Notes: generated by a model from the letters alone, not told the origin. DNA of 64,000 nucleotides from Mollicutes bacterium (GCA_012799635.1 JAAZKW010000010.1:3308-67307), one strand, 5' to 3'. Positions 46,297-56,139 are shown, numbered from the stretch's first letter. Made by a program: numbers and translations.

Positions 46297-48657
46297 TTAA
46301 TAATTCTCTGTAAATAGTTTTATATTAGATGCATTTTTATGTAAAGTGATTTCGCCATCTTTAATTACTACTAAAGTAGGAGCCTCTGTTACATTCATAT
46401 CTTTAGTTTTCTCTATTTCTTTTTCAGCATCTACCCATTTGTATTCTATTTTCTTTTTTTCTAAAAAGTTTTTAGCTAAAGTACAGTTCGGACATTTTTC
46501 TGTTCCAAATAACATGATTTGATCTTTCCTTCTAGTTTTTTTTGTTTCATTTGCTTTTTCTTTTATATCTTTTTTATTAAGCTTTGACTTTTTCAAATCA
46601 TATTCTTTTCTTTCCCTATACTCTTCAGTTTTTCCAATATTCCAGTTTTTAACCGGTCTATAATAACCTGTTATTCTACTATAAACTTCCATTTCTTCAC
46701 CACATTTTGGGCACTCTTTTATTTCGCCTGAAAAGTATCCATGATTTTGGCAAACCGAATATGTAGGAGATAAAGTATAATATGGTAATTTATAATTATC
46801 ACTAATAGTTTTAACAAGTTCTGCTGCACTCTTCCAATCTGTAACTCTCTCTCCTAAAAAAGCGTGAAATACAGTTCCTGAAGTATATAAAGTTTGTAAT
46901 TCATCTTGAATATCTAAAGCTACAAAAATGTCTTCAGTAAATCCAACTGGTAAATGTGAAGAATTTGTATAATAAGGTTTATCATCACATTCACTTGCTG
47001 TTATTATATCCGCATACTTTTCTTTATCATGTTTAGCAAATCTATAAGTTGTAGATTCGGCTGGCGTTGCTTCAAGATTATATAAGTCTCCAAATTCTTC
47101 TTGGTAATCACTTAATTTTTCTCTCATAAATGTCAAGACTTCTTTAGTAAATTTTTGAGTTTCAGGATGTGTTAAATCTTTTTGTAACCAGTTAGCATTT
47201 AAACCAACTTCATTCATACCTATTAATCCAATGGTACTAAAATGATTATCGAAAGTTCCTAAATATTTTTTAGTATAAGGATATAAACCCTCATTTAATA
47301 ATTTAGCAAGAACATTCCTTTTTACTTTTAAACTTCTAGCACTAATATTCATTAATTTTTCTAATCTTTTATAAAAATCTTTTTCATTTTCTGCTAAATA
47401 TGCAATTCTTGGCATATTAATTGTAACCACGCCTATTGAACCAGTTGATTCTCCTGAACCGAAAAATCCACCTGATTTCTTTCTAAGTTCACGTAAATCC
47501 AAACGCAATCTACAACACATACTTCTTACATCACTCGGCTCCATATCACTGTTAACATAATTTGAGAAATACGGTGTACCATATTTAGCAGTCATTTCAA
47601 ATAATAACTTATTGTTTTCTGTTTCACCCCAATCAAAATCTTTAGTAATTGAATAAGTTGGAATTGGATATTGAAAACCTCTACCGTTTGCATCTCCTTC
47701 AATCATTATTTCAATAAATGCTTTATTAATCATATCCATTTCTTTTTGAACATCTTTATATTTAAAGTCTACTTGTTTACCACCAACATAACAATCAATC
47801 TCAGCTAAATCATTTGGTACTTTCCAATCTAATGTAATATTAGTAAATGGTGCTTGTGTTCCCCATCTAGATGGAGTATTAACACCATATACAAATGATT
47901 GAACACATTGTTTTACTTCTTTATAATTTAAATTGTCTATTCTAACAAAAGGTGCTAAATAAGTATCAAAACTTGAAAACGCTTGAGCACCGGCCCATTC
48001 ATTTTGCATAATACCTAGAAAATTAACCATTTGATTACACAATGTAGATAGGTGTTTCGCTGGGCTAGAAGTTATTTTACCAGGAACTCCACCTAGACCC
48101 TCCATAATTAATTGTTTTAAACTCCAGCCAGCACAATATCCTGTTAACATTGATAAATCATGAATGTGAATTGCTGCACTTCTATGAGCATCAGCCACTT
48201 CAGGATCATATACTTCACTTAACCAATAGTTAGCAGTAATTGCACCCGAATTACTTAAAATAAGACCCCCCACCGAGTATGTAACAGTTGAATTTTCCTT
48301 TACTCTCCAATCGGTTACATTTACATAACTATTTACAACTTCTTTATAGTCAAGCAAAGTATTTTCAACATTACGTACCTTTTCACGATTCTTTCTATAC
48401 AAAATATATGCTTTAGCTACATTAGTATAGCCTGCTTTACTTAATACTTCTTCAACACTGTCTTGTACATCTTCTACACCAATGATATTATCCTTAATTT
48501 TAGGTTCAAAATCAGCGGTAACTTTAAGAGCTAAAAAATCAAGCACATCCTCACTATATTTTATTTCTGTTGCATCAAAAGCCTTTCTCATTGCATTTTT
48601 AATTTTTTCAATTTCAAAAGCAACTATTTTATTATTTCTTTTTCTTATTTTATACAT
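46297..48657 (-). CDS. nrdD: Anaerobic (class III) ribonucleoside-triphosphate reductase fused to a C-terminal glutaredoxin/NrdH-like domain
   Basis: 786 aa with an N-terminal ATP-cone, a Zn site (CQNHG...CPKCG) and the glycyl-radical motif SRITGYY. About 100 extra residues follow and contain MLFGTEKCPNCTLAKNFL...APTLVV (thioredoxin fold, CPxC). Confidence 0.9.
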   Translation of the reverse strand: MYKIRKRNNKIVAFEIEKIKNAMRKAFDATEIKYSEDVLDFLALKVTADFEPKIKDNIIGVEDVQDSVEEVLSKAGYTNVAKAYILYRKNREKVRNVENTLLDYKEVVNSYVNVTDWRVKENSTVTYSVGGLILSNSGAITANYWLSEVYDPEVADAHRSAAIHIHDLSMLTGYCAGWSLKQLIMEGLGGVPGKITSSPAKHLSTLCNQMVNFLGIMQNEWAGAQAFSSFDTYLAPFVRIDNLNYKEVKQCVQSFVYGVNTPSRWGTQAPFTNITLDWKVPNDLAEIDCYVGGKQVDFKYKDVQKEMDMINKAFIEIMIEGDANGRGFQYPIPTYSITKDFDWGETENNKLLFEMTAKYGTPYFSNYVNSDMEPSDVRSMCCRLRLDLRELRKKSGGFFGSGESTGSIGVVTINMPRIAYLAENEKDFYKRLEKLMNISARSLKVKRNVLAKLLNEGLYPYTKKYLGTFDNHFSTIGLIGMNEVGLNANWLQKDLTHPETQKFTKEVLTFMREKLSDYQEEFGDLYNLEATPAESTTYRFAKHDKEKYADIITASECDDKPYYTNSSHLPVGFTEDIFVALDIQDELQTLYTSGTVFHAFLGERVTDWKSAAELVKTISDNYKLPYYTLSPTYSVCQNHGYFSGEIKECPKCGEEMEVYSRITGYYRPVKNWNIGKTEEYRERKEYDLKKSKLNKKDIKEKANETKKTRRKDQIMLFGTEKCPNCTLAKNFLEKKKIEYKWVDAEKEIEKTKDMNVTEAPTLVVIKDGEITLHKNASNIKLFTENY

Positions 48658-49390
48658 TTTTTCTTCCTCCCTTTTCTGTATAACCTCTTATTTCAAAGTG
48701 ATCATAACTTTCTTTATAACTATAAAGTAAATTTAAGTCTTCAACAGTAAAACTTGTTAAACCACTTTTAATAACCGTATCTCTATCTTCAAAGTTTTGA
48801 AGATAATATTTACTCCCCTGAGTAAAATCTATTAATTTTCTTATATCTTCTAAAGTATGATATTCTTTTATAATAGTGGTTCTAAATTCATAATCAACTT
48901 TTCCTTTTTTTAAAATATCAATACTTTTTTTAACATTATCTATATTAACTTTGGCATTAGCTGTTTGATTATATTTTTCAAAAACATTTTTAATATCCAT
49001 GGCTACATAATCAACTAACTTTAATTCTATTAATTCTTGTAATAATTTTGGATTAGAACCATTAGTATCTAACTTCACTTTATAACCAATTTCTTTAATT
49101 TTAATTATAAAATCTAATAATCCTTTTTGAATAGTAGGCTCCCCGCCACTAATTACTACTCCTTGTAAAATGTTCTTTCTTTTTTCTAAATAAGCAAATA
49201 TTTCATTATGATCTATTAAAGGAACTTCCACATCTAATACTAAACTAGAATTTTGACAGTACCTACACCCAAAATTGCACCCTTTAGTAAACAATACACA
49301 TGCAAGCTTACCAGGATAATCAAGAAGGGTTAACTTATTAAAACCTGCTATTTTAGGCATCAAATCCCCCATTAAAATATTCACTAGCAA
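48650..49390 (-). CDS. nrdG: Anaerobic ribonucleotide reductase activating protein (radical SAM)
   Basis: Contains the motif CNFGCRYCQN. The likely start is the ATG at 49360 (MPKIAGF) after GGGGA. It overlaps nrdD by 8 nt. Confidence 0.9.
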   Translation of the reverse strand: MLVNILMGDLMPKIAGFNKLTLLDYPGKLACVLFTKGCNFGCRYCQNSSLVLDVEVPLIDHNEIFAYLEKRKNILQGVVISGGEPTIQKGLLDFIIKIKEIGYKVKLDTNGSNPKLLQELIELKLVDYVAMDIKNVFEKYNQTANAKVNIDNVKKSIDILKKGKVDYEFRTTIIKEYHTLEDIRKLIDFTQGSKYYLQNFEDRDTVIKSGLTSFTVEDLNLLYSYKESYDHFEIRGYTEKGGRKNV

Positions 49391-51050
49391 ATCCTATATA
49401 AGCACTTTTATCAGTTACTCCCTTAATCTCACCATATATAGCTTTATCCATTGATAAAAACTTGCTTCTCACATTTTCTAAATCAATATTACTTAATCTA
49501 AAGTTAAGTCTAGTTTCTTTTGTATACTCACATATATATTTAGTAATAAATTTTAGTATTTCTTCTTCCTTTATATTTAATAAAAAAGCACATTCACTTA
49601 AACCTACCAAATTAATATTTAATGTTCCATTTTTAATAACTTTTCTAATTCGCCCACCTCCAGATAGCTTCTCATCTTCTTTAATTAGGGAATTAGAAAA
49701 TGAATATTTATAACTTTCTTTATGCTTATTAGCAATCCCTTCAAAAGTTTGTAACAAATGACCTTTTACCAAATCCAACATACTAACCAAGTCTTCTTTA
49801 AATGCTTTATTATAAGTTCTATGAATAAGACCAAGTCTTGTTAAATTCAAACTAGAGTTAGCTAAAATCATTCTTCCTAATGCCTCTTTTTCATGATAAA
49901 TATTGTCTTTAATAATCATTTTGTCTTTAAATGATGAATTGTTTGTTATGTACATGTTTTTGCCTTTTATAACCTTTTTAAAAGTACCAATACTTACATT
50001 TTTATAAGCTTCATTATTTTTAATAATGTCATAAACAACATTGGTAATAATATTATCTTCCTTTAAAATAATTGTATAATTAGAATCATTAATACCAACC
50101 CCATTTTCATCTAAAGTCTTTATTAATTCTTTAATATGTTTAGTTAGATATTCAATAAGTTTGTTTTGACTTAAATTCATACACTTTGTAAAAACCTTTT
50201 TAACTTCATCAGTTAATAAATAATCGCTGTATTTATTAATATTAATATTTAAATCTTCTTCTTTAAATATTAATTCTTCAATCTTTTTTATATTTATATA
50301 AGGTAATAACCCACTTAATTCAAAATAACAATTAATAAAGCCTATTAATATTTTTTGATATTTATATAATGCATAGTCACTAATAACTAAATCAAAATTA
50401 TCTATTAATACCTCATTACTTACCTCTTCTTTTAATCCTAGCAAAATGTTGGCTAAAAAAGAAAAATATGAGCCTTTAAATTCTAAATTAGAAATATCGA
50501 CATTCACACTAGTGACAACCATTAAAGCATATGAATCTAATTCATGAATATAAATCAACCCTTCTTCATGTGCTTTAACATATTTATTATCAATTAAATA
50601 ACTTTTAGCAAACTCTGAAGAAACCGTTTTACCAAACAAATTTAATACACTCATAGGTCTATCGCTTTCTTTAGTCTCAACTGCTAAAATAAGTTTTTCG
50701 ATAGCTTTTACAAACTTATGTTGTTGCTTAATAGAAAAAGCTTCCCTAGATGAAGTTCTTTTCATACGATAAGTACTAAAAGATTCATATACATCTATAT
50801 ATTTACTATTTTTCAACTCTTTTTCTATTAAATCCTGAATATCTTCAACATTAATAGTTTTCCTATCACAATAATCAATCTCAATTTGATTTAATACGTT
50901 TCCGTATACTAAATTTATATCTTTTTCATTATATTTATCGCTAGTGGCATCAAATGCCTTCTTTATAGCAAGAGCAATTTTTGCACCATTAAAGGGAACT
51001 CTTTGCCCACTTCTTTTAACTATTATAAGTTCATTTAAAACCAAACTCAT
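49353..51050 (-). CDS. ATP-cone protein with a divergent NrdD-like body that lacks the glycyl-radical and Zn-ribbon C-terminus
   Basis: 565 aa. The N-terminus IVKRSGQRVPFNGAKIALAIKKAF is an ATP-cone. EEGLIYIHELDSYAL parallels AAIHIHDLSML of the adjacent NrdD. No RxxGY motif and no CxxC pairs are present at the C-terminus. Confidence 0.6.
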   Translation of the reverse strand: MSLVLNELIIVKRSGQRVPFNGAKIALAIKKAFDATSDKYNEKDINLVYGNVLNQIEIDYCDRKTINVEDIQDLIEKELKNSKYIDVYESFSTYRMKRTSSREAFSIKQQHKFVKAIEKLILAVETKESDRPMSVLNLFGKTVSSEFAKSYLIDNKYVKAHEEGLIYIHELDSYALMVVTSVNVDISNLEFKGSYFSFLANILLGLKEEVSNEVLIDNFDLVISDYALYKYQKILIGFINCYFELSGLLPYINIKKIEELIFKEEDLNININKYSDYLLTDEVKKVFTKCMNLSQNKLIEYLTKHIKELIKTLDENGVGINDSNYTIILKEDNIITNVVYDIIKNNEAYKNVSIGTFKKVIKGKNMYITNNSSFKDKMIIKDNIYHEKEALGRMILANSSLNLTRLGLIHRTYNKAFKEDLVSMLDLVKGHLLQTFEGIANKHKESYKYSFSNSLIKEDEKLSGGGRIRKVIKNGTLNINLVGLSECAFLLNIKEEEILKFITKYICEYTKETRLNFRLSNIDLENVRSKFLSMDKAIYGEIKGVTDKSAYIGFASEYFNGGFDA

Positions 51051-51074
51051 ATATCGCCTCCCACTAGTATTTCA

Positions 51075-51103
51075 ATCTTACTAAATTACCTCCTCTGTGT
51101 CAA
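51075..51103 (-). promoter_or_regulatory. Putative sigma-A promoter of the nrd operon
   Basis: On the minus strand, TTGACA (51098-51103), then 17 nt, then TAAGAT (51075-51080), about 25 nt upstream of the GGGAGG-ATG. Confidence 0.45.
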
Positions 51104-51670
51104 TGTTTTTTTAACAACTTTTTTTATTTTTCATTTTATTTACATTTTTAAAATTTAAAAATTTTTAAAAAAAACATTTCTTACAGAACTTATAATTATA
51201 AACATTTAAAATAACAAGATTATGAAGCGTTATATAATATATGACTTATTATAGATGATATTTAATCTATATCCATTATGCTACAATAAGCTTTTAAACC
51301 CCAATAAAATCGCGAATATGACGATAATTATTATTGTTCAATTACTAATACAATCTAATTTCATATATTCTTCCTAAATAACCAGTATTTAAAAATATAT
51401 AGTTGCAAATGTAAAATCAACTTGCTACTAACATATTATCATTTAGAATGAATTTTTCATATTATATATAACAGAAACACACAAAAAAGTTTTAAAAAAA
51501 ACAAAACTAAATAAATTGATCAAGATACAATTATAATATCATTAATAATGCCTAAAATTAGTTCTTTAATTCTAATATTTTTTTAAAAATATTTATTTTT
51601 GAACTTTTTTGTCTTTAAAATAAATTTATTTAATTTCAATTATTATACAACCTTCTTGCAATTGTCGTTG

Positions 51671-53425
51671 CTATTTTAAATTGTTTATTTTTTCTTCAAG
51701 ATTATTTAAATTATTAGGATCAATAATATCAACAAAGCCACACTCTAAATATTCTTTGTCATTTAAAAAATTAATATTTCTTTTGATAATCATTGTTGGA
51801 ATATCATATTTTTTATTCTTTTTTAAATTTTTAAACCGTTTTATTCCATCATAAATTTCCGCTTTTTCGTCCAAAATTACAACATCATATTTTTTATTTT
51901 TTTGTAGTTTATAAAAAGCTTCTTTTGTATCATCAATCACAAACTCTTCCTTATTAAATATCTTTGCAAATTTTCTTTTTATAACTTCATCATCTGTATT
52001 TAATAAAATTTTAAACTTACCAATATATTTTTTAACAGTATAATCCATCCTTTGAATTTTCGAATTTTTATTCACTTTTATTGCCTGATCTAAAATTATT
52101 TTGATTTCCATTCCAGCGCTATCAATACTATTAACTAGTAACGTTCCTCCCATTGTTTTCAGCAATGTTTCACATAAAGTAAATTTAGAATCATTGTTAT
52201 TCCTCTCATCTCTATAACCACTATCTATTATAGAAATATATAATCGACATACGTCATTTTTAATAACATTATCAACTTTTAATTCGATAAAACCCTCATC
52301 AGAATGTTTTAAGGAATCATCCAATATCGTTTTTAAAACGCTTTTCAGCTGATAAACATCTCCATACAACAATGGAAGAGTATTTGCAAAATCACATCTA
52401 AAATCAACACTAAGCTCTTTATTTTTTATATTATTAGAATATGCTATTTGTAATTCATTAAACAACTTATTAGGATCATATATACTATTAATCATTTTTA
52501 ATTTATACTTATCAATCTCAGCAATATTTAAAGCTTTATCTACTACATTAAGAATATTATCTGACAATAAAGATATATTTAGGCATCCATTTTTTATAAC
52601 CTGAATATCTTCCTCTTCTAGGTTTTGTTTACTTATTTTTCTAACTTTAGATATAGGATTTTTTATTTCTTGAGCTATATCTAAAATAAATTCTGCCTTC
52701 TCTTCATTCATCAAATCAGAACGCTCTTTTGCTCTTTTATATTCTGTTAATAATATAACATCGGGATTTTCTATAGTAAAATACATTAATAAAGTGTTAT
52801 AAGATACAATAAAAGTTGCCAATAATACCTCAGGATTCTTATATTGAAAAACTACCCCTAAAACAAAAAATATTATAAAGGTTATTATCGGTGTATATCT
52901 TTTATCAATAATATTCTTTATATTCTTTATAATAAAGTAAAGTACAATTAATGTATAAACTAATGCAAGCAAATAAGTTAAATGAACACTTGCACCAGAA
53001 GTATATATTTTAGAAGGCTCACTTACATACTCCATATCAAGAAGAAACATTATTATTGTACAAATAGTAGAAAAAATTATTAAAGACCACTTTAATACTC
53101 TCCATTTTTTTAATGTTATATCTTTCATCGAAATATTAATGATATATAATGCAAATGTCGTACCCCACACAATTAAATAAGTTAAATGTATTTTGGGAAT
53201 TAATAATAATATTGTTGAAGCAAATGCCTCATGTCTTAAAACAATTAAATAAGTAAAAAAGGTAATAATTGTTCCAAGAAATGAAACAAAAACCATTATA
53301 TCATATAATTTGATTTCAACACTTTTTACTCTTCTTTTTGAAAAATACGTAATTAATAACAATGTACTAATTAAAAAAGCACATACATTGTATGGATTTA
53401 CATTCTTTAAAAACACGCTTATCAC
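51671..53425 (-). CDS. Membrane sensor histidine-kinase-like protein with a degenerate H-box and a C-terminal receiver-like domain
   Basis: 584 aa with about 7 N-terminal TM segments. The H-box-like sequence EFILDIAQEIKNPIS has Gln (codon 52670-52672) where the phospho-accepting His is expected. A weak HATPase_c region follows (DSGYRD, GGTLLV). The C-terminal region has ILLNTDDE ... YDVVILD, resembling a receiver domain. Confidence 0.6.
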   Translation of the reverse strand: MISVFLKNVNPYNVCAFLISTLLLITYFSKRRVKSVEIKLYDIMVFVSFLGTIITFFTYLIVLRHEAFASTILLLIPKIHLTYLIVWGTTFALYIINISMKDITLKKWRVLKWSLIIFSTICTIIMFLLDMEYVSEPSKIYTSGASVHLTYLLALVYTLIVLYFIIKNIKNIIDKRYTPIITFIIFFVLGVVFQYKNPEVLLATFIVSYNTLLMYFTIENPDVILLTEYKRAKERSDLMNEEKAEFILDIAQEIKNPISKVRKISKQNLEEEDIQVIKNGCLNISLLSDNILNVVDKALNIAEIDKYKLKMINSIYDPNKLFNELQIAYSNNIKNKELSVDFRCDFANTLPLLYGDVYQLKSVLKTILDDSLKHSDEGFIELKVDNVIKNDVCRLYISIIDSGYRDERNNNDSKFTLCETLLKTMGGTLLVNSIDSAGMEIKIILDQAIKVNKNSKIQRMDYTVKKYIGKFKILLNTDDEVIKRKFAKIFNKEEFVIDDTKEAFYKLQKNKKYDVVILDEKAEIYDGIKRFKNLKKNKKYDIPTMIIKRNINFLNDKEYLECGFVDIIDPNNLNNLEEKINNLK

Positions 53426-53426
53426 A

Positions 53427-55295
53427 CTACTTTCTTTTTCTTACTGGTTTTTCTTTTAAAATTGGAAAAGAGGGAGAATCTTTAAATATTACATCTAAAT
53501 CCTCAAATGAAAACTGTTCATAATACTGATAATCTTCTTTTCCTAATAATGTATATTTTATATCATCTATTTGACAATAAGCAAGAGCTTTATCTCTTTC
53601 TGATAGTTTTGTTAAACTAAAAACATCTATCTCATTTATTACTTTAGCAAAATTATCTTTGGGATCTTTTAATTTTATAAATGCAGTTGGTATATCACCC
53701 TCAATCCCCTTTTCTTTTATTCCGACAACAATACAACTTTCTACTCTTGGATCTGATAAAACAACCTTTTCAAGAGGGCTTGCATGAACCGTATGTCCAT
53801 CTGGTCTATCCATACATCTTTTGTAACGGTCTATAAAATATAATGCTCCTTTTTCATCAAAATATCCTTTATCACCAGTTCTATAATATTTCATTCCCTT
53901 TTGATCATAGACAGTACATTTTTCCGTCTCTTCTTCATTATTTAAATATCCCAACATCATTGAAGGCGAATTAATACATATTTCTCCTACTTCACCAATT
54001 GGCAATTCTTTTCCTGTTACCGGATCTATTATCATTCCAGAACAACCTAATAAAAGATACCCTGAACTAGTCGGATCATATTCCCCAAATTCATCTGAAG
54101 TTGCTGACGCGCAACCTCCAAGCTCAGTGGCTCCATATCCTATCTTTATTTTAACACCTTTTGCACCATGCGTTTCCAAAAATTCATTAGTTTCCAGAAT
54201 TAATTTTAAATCGCTTTCAGATCCGCCGACTACCGCCCTTTTCAAGAAAGAAAAATCAACGTCATTAACATTTTGATTTTTAATTATAGTCCCATAAAAC
54301 CTTGGAACTCCTAAAGAATTAGTAGGACGAAAACGTTTTAATAAAAGATCAAACTCATTAGGATTATATTTAGGAAGTGCGATAATATTCCAATTTCTAC
54401 ACAAAGAATTATGCATTCCAGCTCCTGAACCATATACTACAAAAAACGGAATTGCTGCTAAGAAAGTTTCCCCTTTTTCATATGATTCTGGATTTGTTCC
54501 GAACGTCATTTGTTCCACCGTAGCATTATAAGACTCATTAGATAGCAAAGCACTTTTTGGAGTTCCACTAGTGCCACCTGTATAACAAACCGAAAAAGGT
54601 TGATTTTCTTCATATTCTGTATCTAAAGTCCCACTAAAATTATTTCCGTATAAATTTATAAAATCTTCATCTAAAAGATATTTTTTATCTGACTTTAGTC
54701 GTTTTTTTAATTTAAACATCATTTCTTTATATTTTAATACTAAATATATCTTCTTTGAATCAAAATCAGCAACATCAAAATCCATGGATCTTACCGCAGG
54801 TATTGCAAGAATATTATCTACCCTAATTTTATCTTCTATTGGTTTAATTTTAGAATCAAGTATCTCTAAAGAGGAAACAATCATTTTAGAATTTGAATTA
54901 GTTGCATAATGTAAAATTCCTTCTGGATTTGTTCTTGGATCAACTAAGTTAGCAACCGCCCCAATTCTATTTAAAGCATATTTTATATATATTGTTTCTG
55001 GAATATTTGGTAAAGTCAATGTCACAAAATCGCCTTTTCCAATTCCATAATTTTTAAATGCTTTAGCATATTTTTCTATTTTAGAAAATAAGTCAGCATA
55101 TAAAATTACATTTCCAAAATAAGTGATGGCAGTATAGTTTAGTCCCTCTTTTGCTTTATTATACATATAATTGTATACTTTATCTTTAGAATTTAAAATA
55201 ATCTCTTCAGGACTTCCTTTAGGATATAATTTTCTATGAGGTTGTAGCTCAGAATATAGTCTAGTTTCGCTCATATTCAAGACCTCCATTTGCAA
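53427..55295 (-). CDS. AMP-forming acyl-CoA synthetase / long-chain fatty acid-CoA ligase family
   Basis: Contains the AMP-binding motif YTGGTSGTPKSA and YRTGDKGYFDEKGALYFIDRYK. The ATG at 55274 (MSETRLY) follows GGAGG and is the likely start. Confidence 0.8.
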   Translation of the reverse strand: MQMEVLNMSETRLYSELQPHRKLYPKGSPEEIILNSKDKVYNYMYNKAKEGLNYTAITYFGNVILYADLFSKIEKYAKAFKNYGIGKGDFVTLTLPNIPETIYIKYALNRIGAVANLVDPRTNPEGILHYATNSNSKMIVSSLEILDSKIKPIEDKIRVDNILAIPAVRSMDFDVADFDSKKIYLVLKYKEMMFKLKKRLKSDKKYLLDEDFINLYGNNFSGTLDTEYEENQPFSVCYTGGTSGTPKSALLSNESYNATVEQMTFGTNPESYEKGETFLAAIPFFVVYGSGAGMHNSLCRNWNIIALPKYNPNEFDLLLKRFRPTNSLGVPRFYGTIIKNQNVNDVDFSFLKRAVVGGSESDLKLILETNEFLETHGAKGVKIKIGYGATELGGCASATSDEFGEYDPTSSGYLLLGCSGMIIDPVTGKELPIGEVGEICINSPSMMLGYLNNEEETEKCTVYDQKGMKYYRTGDKGYFDEKGALYFIDRYKRCMDRPDGHTVHASPLEKVVLSDPRVESCIVVGIKEKGIEGDIPTAFIKLKDPKDNFAKVINEIDVFSLTKLSERDKALAYCQIDDIKYTLLGKEDYQYYEQFSFEDLDVIFKDSPSFPILKEKPVRKRK

Positions 55296-55378
55296 ATATA
55301 TTATATCATTATTATCGTCTTGTTATCAAATTTAATTGCTTTTTCACATGAAATATACTATAATTAACTTGTTTTACA

Positions 55379-55454
55379 CGCCCATAGCTCAACTGGATAG
55401 AGCGTTAGACTACGGATCTAAAGGTTGGGGGTTCAAATCCCTTTGGGCGTGCCA
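55379..55454 (+). tRNA. tRNA-Arg (anticodon ACG)
   Basis: ACGCCCATAGCTCAACTGGATAGAGCGTTAGACTACGGATCTAAAGGTTGGGGGTTCAAATCCCTTTGGGCGTGCCA. The acceptor stem pairs as 7 bp, the anticodon loop is CUACGGA, and CCA is encoded. Confidence 0.9.
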
Positions 55455-55484
55455 TAAATAATAACCGTCATAAGACGTTAAAAA

Positions 55485-55515
55485 ATGCAACTTATCTTGT
55501 TGCATTTTATTTTTA
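55485..55515 (+). terminator. Rho-independent terminator after tRNA-Arg(ACG)
   Basis: ATGCAACttatcttGTTGCAT is followed by TTTTATTTTT. Confidence 0.7.
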
Positions 55516-55524
55516 CTTATCAAA

Positions 55525-56139
55525 TTGACACCTTTAATCCAAACTGTTATTATAATGAACAAATGGACAATTAAAATGATTAATATTGAAAGCTTAAAAG
55601 ATTATATAAATATCATTCCCCAAAAACAATTAATGTCACTTGCCGAAAGAATATACATGATAACAGATAATATTCGTGAAGATTATCCTAATCATAAAAC
55701 GTGGTACTTTGAAAAACAATTACCCGAAACTATAAAGAGTGATAAGCGAAACATTTTATTTGTCAAAAATCCAAATGATAAAGAAGAAATAATTGCTATG
55801 GCTTGTTTGAAAAGAACTAAATTTGAACGTAAAATATGTACATTATATGTTATTAATCAATGGAAGGACAAAGGAATTGGAATGGCATTAGTACAAAAAT
55901 CAATAGACTGGTTGGGTACAAATAAACCCTTAATAACATTTCCAGAATATAAATTAGAATTGTTTAGGTTATATATTGATATGTACAATTGGAAATTAAA
56001 ACAAATAGTTCCAGGTTTTTATAATGACAAACATTGTGAATTATGTTTTAATGGTACTTTAACTAATGAAAATGATAAAAATATAAATATCCACAAACTT
56101 AACGGTATAGGTAGAATTTTAAAAAATAACAAAAAATAA
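55525..56139 (+). CDS. GNAT-family N-acetyltransferase
   Basis: Contains a motif A-like sequence, LYVINQWKDKGIGMALVQKSIDWL (Q/RxxGxG/A). The start is uncertain (TTG at 55525, ATG at 55555 or 55576) and there is no clear RBS. Confidence 0.6.
   Translation: MTPLIQTVIIMNKWTIKMINIESLKDYINIIPQKQLMSLAERIYMITDNIREDYPNHKTWYFEKQLPETIKSDKRNILFVKNPNDKEEIIAMACLKRTKFERKICTLYVINQWKDKGIGMALVQKSIDWLGTNKPLITFPEYKLELFRLYIDMYNWKLKQIVPGFYNDKHCELCFNGTLTNENDKNINIHKLNGIGRILKNNKK

Noticed and set aside
51051-51130. Possible NrdR box near the nrd promoter (ccACTAGTat)
   Set aside because: Only a 6-bp ACTAGT palindrome is present. It does not match the 16-bp NrdR consensus that I recall well enough to claim it.
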